DNA of 64,000 nt from Glaucostegus cemiculus. Taxonomy: Eukaryota. Positions 1 to 12,800 of this stretch are shown one piece after another. Made by a program: the position numbers and the translations under genes. Position 1 is the stretch's first letter. Each line of letters opens with the position of its first letter. Location of the stretch: assembly GCA_976551045.1 (NCBI GenBank), contig CDPCPM010000377.1:1798001-1862000 (forward strand), read 5' to 3'. Below the pieces are notes generated by a model. It made no database searches, had not been told where the DNA came from, and saw only the letters and a list, made by a program, of their open reading frames with translations.

Positions 1-684
1 CACAGTATATTCATAATATGAAAACCTTGTGCACAAATTATTATTAAATTGCTATTTCCTTAATTAGAATGGGAACTACCCATGTAAAAGGGCCACACTC
101 CATTGCACTCTATGGCCAATAGAGGTGCTGCATTGCCATCACTGGTGGGAGGTTGTAATTACAACCTGCCCACTCTGGGTTTGCAGTCAGGAGACATTGA
201 GTGGGATGGAGTTTAGATATTGTTGAAATGTCCTGGTGGCACTGACAGGGTGAATGCTGCTTCGCCTATCTGCAGGGCCATGAGTAAGCTGTGGCTCTGT
301 GGGCAACAGCCTGGCCTTTGAATCAGAAAGTTGTGGCTTGCAAAGACTCAAGGGAGTTTGGAATCCAAGAGGGAAACGCTTCAAAATCAGGACCGGTTTC
401 TGTTATTTAATAGTAGCACCTGATAACATTTCCCTAGCACAGAAAAAATCCCCCACCCTTTCATTCCACTTCACCTGCAGGTAGCATTGGACGTAGGTCT
501 TGTGCTGTGACCGGGACCTCAGATTGATCGTGAAATGCCAACAGCTTCTAAATGTCTCTTGATTGCCTCATCATTTAATGATTAGGCCAGTTTAGTCAAG
601 AGCAGTGTGTGAAGGGCTTTGTCGGGTTTGCCGTTGGTGGTGGGGATATTGATTGGCTTCCGTGGATTTGCTTTGTCATTGTAG

Positions 685-834
685 GACCATGAATTGGCAT
701 TGAAGAGAATAGCCGACGATCGTGAAAATCTGAAAGCAAAATCACTACCAACCTGCCAGCCTGCTCCTCCTCAGCAGGGCCAGAGGTTAGGTGGCAAACT
801 TCACACAGCAGTAGGAAAACATTGCGTACTAATG
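685..834 (+). CDS. UBX-LRR gene exon: charged helix and GQRLGG motif
   Basis: ttgtag|GAC...ATG|gtgagt; [19 protein letters not shown]...QQGQRLGG...HCVLM; joins in phase 0 to the UBX exon. Confidence 0.85.
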
Positions 835-3800
835 GTGAGTTGTGCCAAGCCTGTGTTCTCCCAGGACCATGCACGTATTTTATCAGCTCATTACTCTGCT
901 TGGGAATCTAAAGTCAGAAACGCCACCTGGTGCAAGTCTGAAATAAAAGCAGTAGATGCTGGAAACACTCAGCAAGTCGGGCAGCGTCTGTGGAGAGAGA
1001 AATGGAGCTAATGTTTTGGGTTTGGGACCCTTCAGAACTCGGGGAAATAGCCCTTTCCCAGTTCTAACAAACAGTTCCAGACCCGACCTGCTGTGGTTCC
1101 AACATGTACTTCAGTTTTTATTCCTCCCTCCCTCTCTCCCTCAACATAGAACATTACAGCACAGTACAGGCCCTTCGGCCCACAGTGTTTTACCAACACT
1201 TTATCCTGCTCTGAGATCTATCTAACCCTTCCCTCTCACATAGCCCCCATTTCTCTATCATTCAGGTGTCTATCTAAGAGCCTCTTAAATGTCCCTAATG
1301 TATCTGCCCCCACAACCTCTGCCGGCAGTGTGTTCCACGCACCCACCACTCTGACATCCCCCCTCATTCCTCCAATCACCTTAAAATGATGTCCCCTTGT
1401 GTTAGCCATTGTCACCCTGGGAAAAAGTCTCTGACTGTCCACTCAGTCTATGCCTCTTATCATCTTGTACACCTCTATCAAGTCACCTCTCATCCTCCTC
1501 TCCAAAGAGAAAAGCCCTAGATCGCTCAACCTATCCTCCTAAGACGTGCTCTCCAATCCGGCAGCATCCTGGTGAATCTCCCATGCACCCTCTGAAGCTT
1601 CCACATCCTTCCTGTAATGAGGTGACCAGAACTGAACACAGTTCTGGCTTCTTGAATGCCTCACTACTACTCCCCTCAATCACTCCTTGTGGAAACATTC
1701 ATGTTTTCTTGCTGCTGTCCGGGTTGTGGATTCTTTGGTATCCTATACACGTGTCCACGCTCCCTCTACTGACTGTCTCCTTCCTTCAGATCAGGCTTCC
1801 ATCGGGAGACTCCCTGCGGGAGAGATTCCAGGAGGAAGACACACTACAAAGCGTGAAGGAGTACATCACACAGCGGTGCCCTGAGCTTCAGTCCCTCTCC
1901 CTCCTCCAGGGCTTTCCCAAGAGATGCTTCACAGACTCCGAGCTGGGCAGCACATTGGCAGACTTGGGGCTGAGTCCCACTGCCACACTGTGCGTGCGGA
2001 GTGAGCAGCGCACGGCTACTGGTTCCCCAGACCTGCCGCCAGGCGCCTACACCCTGAGGACGACCAGTGATACCAGCAGGGACGTTGCTGTGCAGAGCGC
2101 TGTAGCAGAGCGGCAGGTGGGAGCTTCTGAATCCCAGCACCACTCACATTCGTGGCCCTCCCCTCACCGTGCCTGGGGGCGAGGGGAGGCTCTGGGTTAC
2201 CGGGGAATCGACAACCTGCCACTCTCTAACGCGGAGCAACCTCCAGCTGTCCCAGGATACAGGAACCAGCCAGATGTGAGAGAGGCCATGATGCCAGGAC
2301 TAATGGAATCTCCGTCAAGATCGAGGTCAACACACAGCTGGGGTAAGAAAGGTGTGAGGCTCTGTGTGTGGGAGGCCATGCACCAGGGGCACTGTCATCA
2401 AGCTGTCCATTACCCTCATGTGAATCAAACCTTGGTGCATCTTGTACACTGAATGAAGTTACTGTGGGCAGGTAGAACCTGTTACCATTTACCATAGTAC
2501 TCTCCACATTGTCGCCTCAAACTCCCAGGGCAGGGAGTACAGGTTAGACACAGAGTAAGGTACAAAGTACATTCCCATCACGTACTTCCAGGGAAGGGAC
2601 AGCACAGATTAGAAACAGAGTAAAGCTCTCTCCACTCTGTCTCGTCAAACACTTCCTGGGCAGGGCCAGTATGGATTCAATACAGAGTAAAACTCCTGCG
2701 TTGTCCTGTCACATACTCCCAGGGCAGGGAGTTAGGTTAGATGCAGCGGAAACCCTCCCCTCCACCATTCCATGAAATGCCTAACATTGAGTAAATTGCC
2801 TTGTCCTGGGTTTGCCCTGTCCCACAGCAGTTGCACACTGAGCGCGATTGGCAGCTTTACAAATTGAGCCTCACTTTCAACACCGGCACTAGCTAGATGG
2901 ACAGTTTGGATTGCGAATTTGATCCCACTGTGTGAGTTGGATTCCCGGTATGGAATCCTCAACATCCAGTCTGAAACTGAACTCTTTCCATCTGCTAATT
3001 CCACGTTGTTTGTGTGTTATTCTTTACACAGGGCGGGGACAGAGGTTGGCACCAGCTGGGAACAGCAGCCAGCCCGATGAAGAGGAGCCCGATGAGCATA
3101 TCGCGGATGTGGAGGCAGAGAATCTCATCCCACAGCACCTGCTGATTCCTCCCGGTTAGCCAACCCAGATAAACTCGCTAAACATCCTAGAATGCTTTAC
3201 AACCAGCACAGTGTTGCCACTGTCTTATGTAGGAAACGCAGCGGTTTATTTACAGAAGCTGTGTGATTGTCACCAGAGGGTTGCTGCAAATGTCAGCAGG
3301 GAATTTTTAAAGCAACATTTTTTGACACCAGGGGAACTCCCCTCCTCCTCAGAATAGTGGCCCGGGATGAGGCCCTGCAAGGTAAATATAAGGAATTAGG
3401 AGATAAAGAGCAGGACCTCAATGATAGTAACCTCGTGATTCCTACCAGTGCCATGTCCTGTTTCTTGCACGTGGATCTGATGAAGAGATTGTGCAGAAGG
3501 GAGGGATTTGGATTTCTGGGACGGGCTGTTGGGAAGATGCTACCTGCACAATTCGGATGGGTTAGTCCCAGTCCTGCCTGGGACTGATGACATGGGGTTA
3601 AACAGCACGGAAACGGGCCCTTCAGCCCAACTCGTCCATGCCAACCCAGATGTTTATATAAAATAATCCCATTTGCTTCCATTTGCCCCATATCCCTCTA
3701 ATCTTTTCCTATCCAGGTACCTGTCCAAATGACTGAAATGTTGTAACTGTGCCTGCCTCTGGCAGCAGGTTCATTACTAGGACTGGCAAACATCAACATG

Positions 3801-6800
3801 CAAGTTCTGGTTGACTCAGTAGGGGACTATAGGAAACTGCACGGTGCTGAAGTACAGGTGTGACTATACTGAAACTAAAACCTATGCAACTTATCTTCTA
3901 GCCTTCGACCCAGAAATGATCTTTCGCCAAAATGGAAACCGAATCAGAAGCGGCTTTGAACCTCGGTATCAGTGGCCCAGTCAGGGTAACCGTCTTAGGT
4001 GGGTGCAGCAGCCTCTCGTCGGGTTCCTGGCTTGCATTTATTTATTTAGAACAGTTAACGCAGTGAAACGATCCAAAGTATCTAGTGTGACCGGACAAAG
4101 CTCAACACTGCACAGAACAGCACCTTGGGGCGAGTTTTACCCTGTCCCTGTGCACACGTTGAGGACTGCTAGTGATAGAATGTCAACTTGCGTTTTTCTT
4201 CATGTTATCCGCTCTCTACCCGAGTCATCGTTTCATTCTGAACTCCCTGTCTGTGTTTGACATGAGGGAGCTTTAATCTGTACATAAGGCATGTCTTAAC
4301 CTTTCCTTGCCCCCCACCCCCCCCATTTTATGTGTTTCTAAATTCTTAAATAATGCAACACCATAAAAACGGTGGTGATCATCAACCCAGGATTACCTCC
4401 AGTGAGCCAGCAGGCATTACTTGTCCCCTCTTCAGGGCACAAGACATGAGCAAGACCTTATAAGCAGGGCAGGCAGTTGGCACAGACAGACCCCCTTACC
4501 CCTCCCCAATGGTTTTTACTGCCTGGACTTGTAAACGACCATCACACCCAGGCCAGTGAGCAGACTGAAGAGGTCCCAAACCGAACCAAACCCGTCCACG
4601 CTGGGTGCCCAAAGGTCAGTTGTGTGTTTCCCTCTTACATATTTAGAGCATTTTCAAAATAAAACATTGTCCTTCTTGTCCTTTAATGCACTCCAGCGCC
4701 TGCAGTGTCCATCAGTCCCTGTGCTATTTCTGCCCCAGGAGTGTGTGATGGGACAGTGTAAAGAAAGTTGTAATCAGTATCTAACCCGTGCCCCAGGAGA
4801 GTGTGACAGGACAATACAGGCTGTTGGGAAGGTGCTACCTGTACAATTCGGATGGGTTAGTCCCAAGCAGGACTGGGACTGATGACATGGGGTTAAACAG
4901 CACGGAAACGGGCCCTTCAGCCCAACGTCCATGCCAACCCAGATGTTTATATAAACTAATCCCATTTGCTTCCATTTGCCCCATATCCCTCTAAGCTTTT
5001 CCTATCCAGGTACCTGTCCAAATGACTTAAATGTTGTACTCTGTATCTAACCTGTGCCGTCCCTGCCCTGGGAGTGTGTTACAGGGCCACGTGGAGCGAG
5101 CTTTACCCTCTATCTAACCCTTGCTGTCCGTGCCCTGGGACTGTTTGCCAGGACAATTTAGAGTGAGTTTTACCCTGTCCCTGTGCACACACTCATGACT
5201 GCTAGCGATAGGATGTTCACATTATCCTCCCTCTATCTGGGTTGAAGTTTCATTCTGAATCCCCTCGCTTTGTGCTGCAGGGAGGAGCTGGCAGTCCAGG
5301 AAAGTCAGAAGCAGCAGGATCTGCCCAGTGTCTTGGCTCAGGCAGCCTTGGATCGCCTAAACAAAGCAGCAGAGAGCCAGCCTTGCCACTCGCCACTGTC
5401 CTCACAGAAGAAGCTGTGTCGAACCACGCCAGTGCCCTCGCTGTTCAATCTGGCCACTGGTAGTGCAGTGGTGCTGATGGCAGGTGTGTGCAACCCCAGG
5501 TATAGTTTGTATTAACATTACGGGAATGGTGGGCACCAGGAGGCACGTTGAGAAGGCTGCTGAAGGCATGACGTTTACCAAGGGGCATAGGGCAGGCATG
5601 CAGGGTTATATGGTAAACCTACAGACAACATGGGTCAGAGGCCAGCTGAGAACTGTTTTCACGTGTCAGCCAGGTCATGGAGCACTACAGCACAGAAACA
5701 GGCCTTTTGACCCAAATAGTCCGTGCTGGCCTGGTTCTCTGTCAAGTCCCATCTACCTGCACCGGGTCCAAATCCCTCCAATCCCCTCCCATCCGTGGAC
5801 CTATTCAAACCTCTCTTAAATGTTACAATTGAACCCGCATCCACCACTTCCACTGGCAGCTCGTTCCACACTCGCACCTCCCTCTGAGTGAAGAAGTTCC
5901 TCCTCAGATTCCCCTTAAATATTTCACCTTTCACCCCAAACCTATGACCTCTAGCTCTAGTCTCACCCAACCTGAGGGGGAAGAAGCCTGCATGCATTCA
6001 CCCTGTCTACACCCCTCATAATTCTGTATACCTCTAAGGTCTCCCCTCATTCTCCTGTGCTCCAGGGAATAAAGTCCTAACCTATTCAACCTTTCCCTGT
6101 AACTCAGGTCCTCAAGTCCCAGCAACATCTGTGTAAATTTTCTCTGCACTCTTTCAAGCTTATTGATATCTTCCTGTAGGTAGGTGACCAGAACTGCACA
6201 CAATACTCCAAATTCTGCCTCACCATCATCTTGTACAACTTCAACATAACATCCCAACTCCTGCACTCAGTGCCCTGATTTATGAAGGCCAAAGTGCCAG
6301 AAGCTCTCTTTATGACCCTATCTACCTGTGACACTTCTTTCAAGGAACTATGGACCTATATTCCCAGCTCCCGTTATTCTACCGCACACCTCAGAGCCCT
6401 ACCATTCAGTGTGTAAGTCTTACCCTGGTTTGCCCTCCCAAAGTGCAACACCTCACACTTGTCTGCATTAAATTCCATCTGCCATTTTCCTAGCTGGTCA
6501 AGATCACACTGCAAGCTTTGATCGTCTTCCTCGCTGTCCACTACACCCAAATCTTGGTGTCATCTGTAAATTTGCTGATCTAGTTTATCACATTATCATC
6601 TAAATCATTAATGTAGATGATAAACAACAACGGGCCCAGCACCGATCCCTGCAGCACCCCATTAGTCACAGGCCTCCAGTCAGAGAGACAACCATCTACT
6701 ACCGCCCCCTAGATTCTGTGAACCAGTGTTGAATCCAGTTGGCTACTTCATTCTGAATGCCAAGTGACTTAACCTTCTGGAGCAGCCTCTCATGCAGGAC

Positions 6801-9800
6801 TTTGTCAAAGGCCTCGCTAAAATCCATGTAGACGATGTCCACTGCCCTTCCCTCATCGACTTTCTTGGTGACCTCCTCGAAGAACTCTGAGATTGGTTAG
6901 ACATGACCTACCACGCACAAAGCCATGTTGACTATCCCTAATCAGGCTCAAATACTTACATATCCTGTCCCTTAGAATGCCTTTGACTGACATCGGTCTC
7001 ACTAGCCTATAATTTCCTGGCTTATTCTTAGAGCCTTTCTTGAACCGGGAGACATGAAAGACTGCGGATGCTGGAATTTGGAGCAACACACATCTAATGG
7101 AAGAACCTAGCAGGTTGAGCAGCATCTGTGGGGGGAGGAATTGTTGATGTTTTGGGTTTCAACTGGAAACATTAATAGTTCCTCTCTTCCCCCCCCCACC
7201 CCCAACAGATGCTGCTCGACCTGCTGAGTTGCTCCAGCAGATTGTTTGTTGCTTTGAGGTCAAGACCTTGATGAGGACACAGAGGAGATTTACTGGATTG
7301 TGTCAGGAATGAAAGAATTCAGTTCCGTGGAGAAGCTGTGGTTTGACTTCTGGAAGTAACGAGCAGTGACGTGTGAGGGGAGATCATCAGAGTTGGGAGG
7401 AAGAGGAGCAGGAGTGTTGGTGACCAGTGGACTCAGATTGGAGGTGATTGAGAAAAGGCCCAGTGTAGAGACGGGAATATGTTTAATTTAGCAGGTTATT
7501 GAGATCCAGAATGTGCTGCCAGAGTAGCTTCAGGAGGCGCTTTCAGAAGGCAACTGCAGAGAGTTGTGGACACAGCTCAGCACATCACAGAAACCAGCCT
7601 GCCCTCCATGGCTATACTTCTCGCTGGCTCAGTAAAGCAGCCAGCATCATCAAAGACCACCAACCCCCCCTTCTCCCCCCCCAGCTCCCCACTGCCCCAA
7701 ATAGGCAGAAGGTACAAAAGCCTGAAAGCACATACCACTAGGCTCAAGAACAGCTTCTATCCCGCTGTTATAAGACTATAGAAGTCCCCCGATACAATAA
7801 GATGAAGTGTTAATCTCACAATCTACCTCGTTATGACCTTGCGCCTTATTGTCTGCCTGCACTGCACTTTCTCTGTAACTGTAACACTTTATTCTGCATT
7901 CTGTTATTGATTTCCCTCGTACAACCTCACTGCACTGATGTGATGAATTGATCTGTATGAGCTGTATGCAAGACAAGTTTTTCACTGTACCTCGGTACAA
8001 GTGACGACAGTATTCCAATTCCAAGTAACAAGTTTTAATAGGGAGAGAGTAGCCAGCCATGCTGTGAGCTGTGGACAGAGGAACGAAGGACAAATCTTGT
8101 GTGGATCCTAAGCTTTCATCGAGAGAGAAACTTTTATCTCTGTCAACTGTAGAAGGCAGAATCTGAACCAGACTGGTTCTTTGAGTTAGGGCAGGTTTGG
8201 GGACGACCTTTTGCGGGTAGGGTTAATCACTGAACATCTCTATACAGTCTCTTCAGACACTCCCAAGGCAGGTTAGGTGCAGAATGTAGCTCCCTCTGCC
8301 GGTCCTGTTGTGCAATCCCAGGGCACGGGTTCAACAGTGAGTGAAGTCAAAGTCGAGTTTATTGTCAGATCCACAAGTCCACGTGTGCACGGGTGCAATG
8401 AAAAACTGACTTGCAGCAGCATCACAGGCACAGAGCAGCATGTAAGCAGCATTCACAATAAAAACATAAATTATACACAATTTTTACAAGAATGGACACC
8501 CTTAAAACAAAAAAAAACATTGAAGTCCATTTTAGTGCAAGGTGGTCCCAGTGTTGTAATACTGAGGTAGTGATTAGAGCTGTGCCGGTTGATTGAAGGG
8601 AAGGAGCTGTTCCTGAACCTGGTGGTGTGGGACTTCAGGCTTCTGTACCTCCTGCCCGATGGGAGCTGCGAGAAGATGGCACGGCCCGGATGGTGGGATC
8701 TTTGATGATGGATGTTGCTTTCTTGAGGCAGCATCTCCTGTAGATACTCCCGATGGAGGGGAGGGATGTGCCCGTGATGTATTGGGCAGAGTCCACTGCT
8801 CTCTGCAGCTTCTTATGTTCCTGTGCGTTGGAATTGCCGTGATGCAACCAGTCAGGGTACCTTGGACAGTACATCTCCACACTGATGTACTCACTGCCAG
8901 GGCAGGGGCAGCATGGTGGTGTGAGAGGATGAAGCTCCTGCCCTGCCCGATGTCAGTGTGTGACCAACACTACTGGGCCACCCGCCGTGTTCCAGACGTT
9001 TGTTACTGGGAGGACCCTGGTTTTTACATTGATGATGTTTTGTCCCTAGCGCCCAGTATGCAGTACAGTCGGAGCTTGGCCCGTCTCACCCCTGAGCTAG
9101 CAGAACATCTCCTCCTCTACATGATCAATCAGCGCCTCCTGCGCCCCAAGACCTTTGAGATCTTCTTCGGCTGTCAGATTCAGAAGCTGGTGCTCGACTG
9201 CTACCCGTACGCCACCAATGAGCTCCTGAGGCAACTGCGAGCATTCCACTCCCTCAAGCACCTCAGCCTTGCATCCTGCTCCCTGATCACAGGTACAGCT
9301 GTAAATCCCCAGCCCGCTTTACATCCTCGCTGCTTCTCCTGCACCTCCACCAACTTTTCATTGTAACGTTGTCGCCCCAGCTTGTGTGGTGTGGCCGTTG
9401 ATCCAAGGCCAGCATTTAACAACCATCCAAAGTTGCCCTCTGGAAGGTGGCAGAAAGTCACCGTGTGCTGCTGCTCAGATGTAATATTCTTGGTGATTCA
9501 TTTGCGATGATGGGTCTCGACTTGGAAACGTCAACTGTCCATTTCCAGGCTCAAGGACAGCTTCTATCCTGCTGTTATAAGACTATTGAACGATCCCCTA
9601 GTACGATAAGATGGACACTTGACTTCACAATCTATCTCATTACAACCTTGCACCTTATTGTTTGCCTGCACTGCACTTTCTCTGTAGCTGTAACACTTTA
9701 TTCTACATTCTGTTATTGTTTTCCCCTGTCCCCTGTACTACCTCAATGCACTGATGTAGTGAAATGATCTGTATGGATGGCATGCAAAACAAAGTTTTAC

Positions 9801-12800
9801 ACTGTACCTCGGTGCAGGTGGCAATGAGAAGCCAGTTTACCAATTTGTCTCACTCGCACCCCCCGCCCCGTGCCCACGTGCCACCTTTGATTCTCTTGCT
9901 CTCTCATGTTCTAGATTCCAGTTTGGAGGTGTTGACTTGTTTGCAGAAGTTGCAGCACTTAAACCTGGCAGCATGTGTGAAACTCACCGACAGCTGTCTG
10001 TGCAGCATTAAAGGTTTGTATCGTCTTTATCTAGAGCCACCCACACAGGTGGGATGAATCTTCAGGGGGCCATGTCTAGTGTGTTGGGCCCACACTGATC
10101 CTCAGACCTGGGGGTGACTTTCTGAATGTCAATGACCTGTGCTGGCCAGAGTGAGGTTAGCTGGTGACTGATTGGGGCTGATTGGAGATGTTGTTCTGGG
10201 AAGGGAGGTACTGAGGGCAGGAGGGAGTGAGAAGGTGATGTGTGCCAGAGGTGAGGAGGGGTGATGGGATGTGAGGGATTGAACGGTGGTGAAAGTGTTC
10301 TTCTTAAAAGCAGAAATTGCTGGAAATGCTCAGTGGGACCAAAAAATCTCTGTGGGGTGGGGGAGAGAGACTGTTCAGCAGAAGAGCCAGTACTGCGGAT
10401 TTCCTGTGGCATTTTGCTTTTGGATCTCTGTGCCTGGACCCTGGTTGTGAGGCTGCGGTCCAGCAGGGTATCCGTGGTCTATCTCCCAATCCAGAGTGGA
10501 CTGGAATGCTGCAGCAGTAGGTTGGAAATCAGAACTTCATCCGCTGGGGATTGCACCGGATCAGAGCAGGCTTATTGTTCCTACAGTGGGGCTTGGGAGG
10601 TTTTTCACCCAGAGAGTGGTTGGTGCATGGAATGTGCTGCCTGGGGTGGTGGTGGAGGCAGATACGTTGGACAGGTTCAAGAGATTGTTGGATAGGCACA
10701 TGGAGGAATGTGGGACAGAGGGATATGTGGGAGGAAAGGGTTAGATAGTGAGGTGTGGTTTGATGACGGCACAACCTGGTGGGCTGAAGGGCCTGTACTG
10801 TGCTGTACTGTTCTATGTTCTTAACCCCTCCTCTGCGCCCAGAGAATCCCGCTGTCACTCTTCGCCAGCCTCTCCTCCAGTACCCTGAACATGACTGAGC
10901 TGTGTCAAATGGTCACCAGGAATTACTACTCCAGGGATGGAGCAGAACATAGAACAGCACAGGAACAGGCCCTTCGGCCCACAATGTCTGTGCTGAACAC
11001 GATTGATTAAACTAACCCCACCAGCCTGCACGTGATCCATACCCCTCCATTCCCTGCCTCTTCGTGTGTCTAAGTGCCTGTTAAACACCACCATCATGTC
11101 TGTTTCCACCACAACCCCCAGCAGAGTGTTGCAGGCACCCACCACTCCGTGTTTAGAAGCTTACCCTGCACATCTCCTTTAAACGTTCCCCCGCTCACAA
11201 AGCTCTGCCCTCTAGTATTTGACGTTTCTACCTTAGGAAAAATATTCTGGCTGTCTACCATATCTCTGCCTCTCATAACTTTATAAACGTCTGTCAGGTC
11301 TCCCCTCAGCCTCTGACACTCCAGAGAAAACAACCCAGGTCTGTCCACCCTCTCCCTACAGCTTATGCCCTCTAATCCAGGCAGCATCCTGGTGAACCCC
11401 TCCTGCACCCTCTCCATAGCCTCCACGTCCATCCTGTAATGGGGCGACCAGAACTGCACACAACACTCCAGATGTGGCAGGGGGCAAACAGGGTGAGGAA
11501 TTCTGGCGGCGGTGGTGTGGGGAAGGCTGTGTCTCTGGAGCTGCTCCACTGCCTACAGTCCAGAGAGAACTCGAACCAGGAGATGCAGTGAATGGGGTCA
11601 TTGACTGGTGGAGTGAACAGGTCTGTGGGAACAGATCCCAGTGTGTACAGGGAGTGAGGAGGAATGACTTGGGTGGCCCAGGATGGTGGAGGCGGCTGAG
11701 AGGGGTGACTGCTGCACCTCTGGCTGTCCCAGGACATCAGCACAGAACGGTGGAGAACTCTGCCTCCCTCTCACAGGTCTCGGTTGCCTTTCTCACCTGA
11801 TCCTGGACCAGACCAAAGTAAGCGACGTGGGCATGATGGATTACTTGGCCTGTGCTCCTGCGTCACTCGTTCACCTGAGTCTGAATCAGACGGGCATCAG
11901 CGATCGGATGTTGGCAGAGCTGCCTTCAGCTGTTCCACAGCTTCGCCTCTTCAGCATCAAGCACACCAAGGTCAGTGAGTGGGTGGGGTCGACTCTCCGC
12001 CCCACCCCACCCCCCCGCCAGAGGACAAATCCTCCACCGCTTACAGTCCCTGCAGTCCATGGTGGGTGGCACCATGCAGCCACGTAGCCTGGGTCTGAAT
12101 TCCTGCCCTTCCTGACGTATGGGCCCCACACACACACTGACCCCCCCCTCGCTGGGAGATGGGCCCCACACACACACTGACCCCCCCCTCGCTGGGAGAT
12201 GGGCCCCACACACACACTGACCCCCCCCTCGCTGGGAGATGGGCCCCACACACACACCGAACCCCCCCCTCGCTGGGAGATGGGCCCCACACACACACTG
12301 ACCCCCCCCTCGCTGGGAGATGGGCCCCACACACACACTGACCCCCCCCTCGCTGGGAGATGGGCCCCACACACACACTGAACCCCCCCTCGCTGGGAGA
12401 TGGGCCACACACACACACTGACCCCCCCCTCGCTGGGAGATGGGCCCCACACACACACTGACCCCCCCCTCGCTGGGAGATGGGCCCCACACACACACCG
12501 AACCCCCCCCTCGCTGGGAGATGGGCCCCACACACACACTGACCCCCCCCTCGCTGGGAGATGGGCCCCACACACACACTGACCCCCCCCTCGCTGGGAG
12601 ATGGGCCCCACACACACACTGACCCCCCCCCTCGCTGAGAGATGGGCCCCACACACACACTGACCCCCCCCCCTCGCTGGGAGATGGGCCCCACACACAC
12701 ACCGAACCCCCCCCTCGCTGGGAGATGGGCCCCACACACACACCGAACCCCCCCCTCGCTGGGAGATGGGCCCCACACACACACCGAAACCCCCCTCGCT

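Noticed and set aside
1409-1789. N-terminal extension of the 347-aa UBX ORF
   Set aside because: It reads through an antisense CR1 fragment and intron; the true exon starts at the acceptor at 1790.
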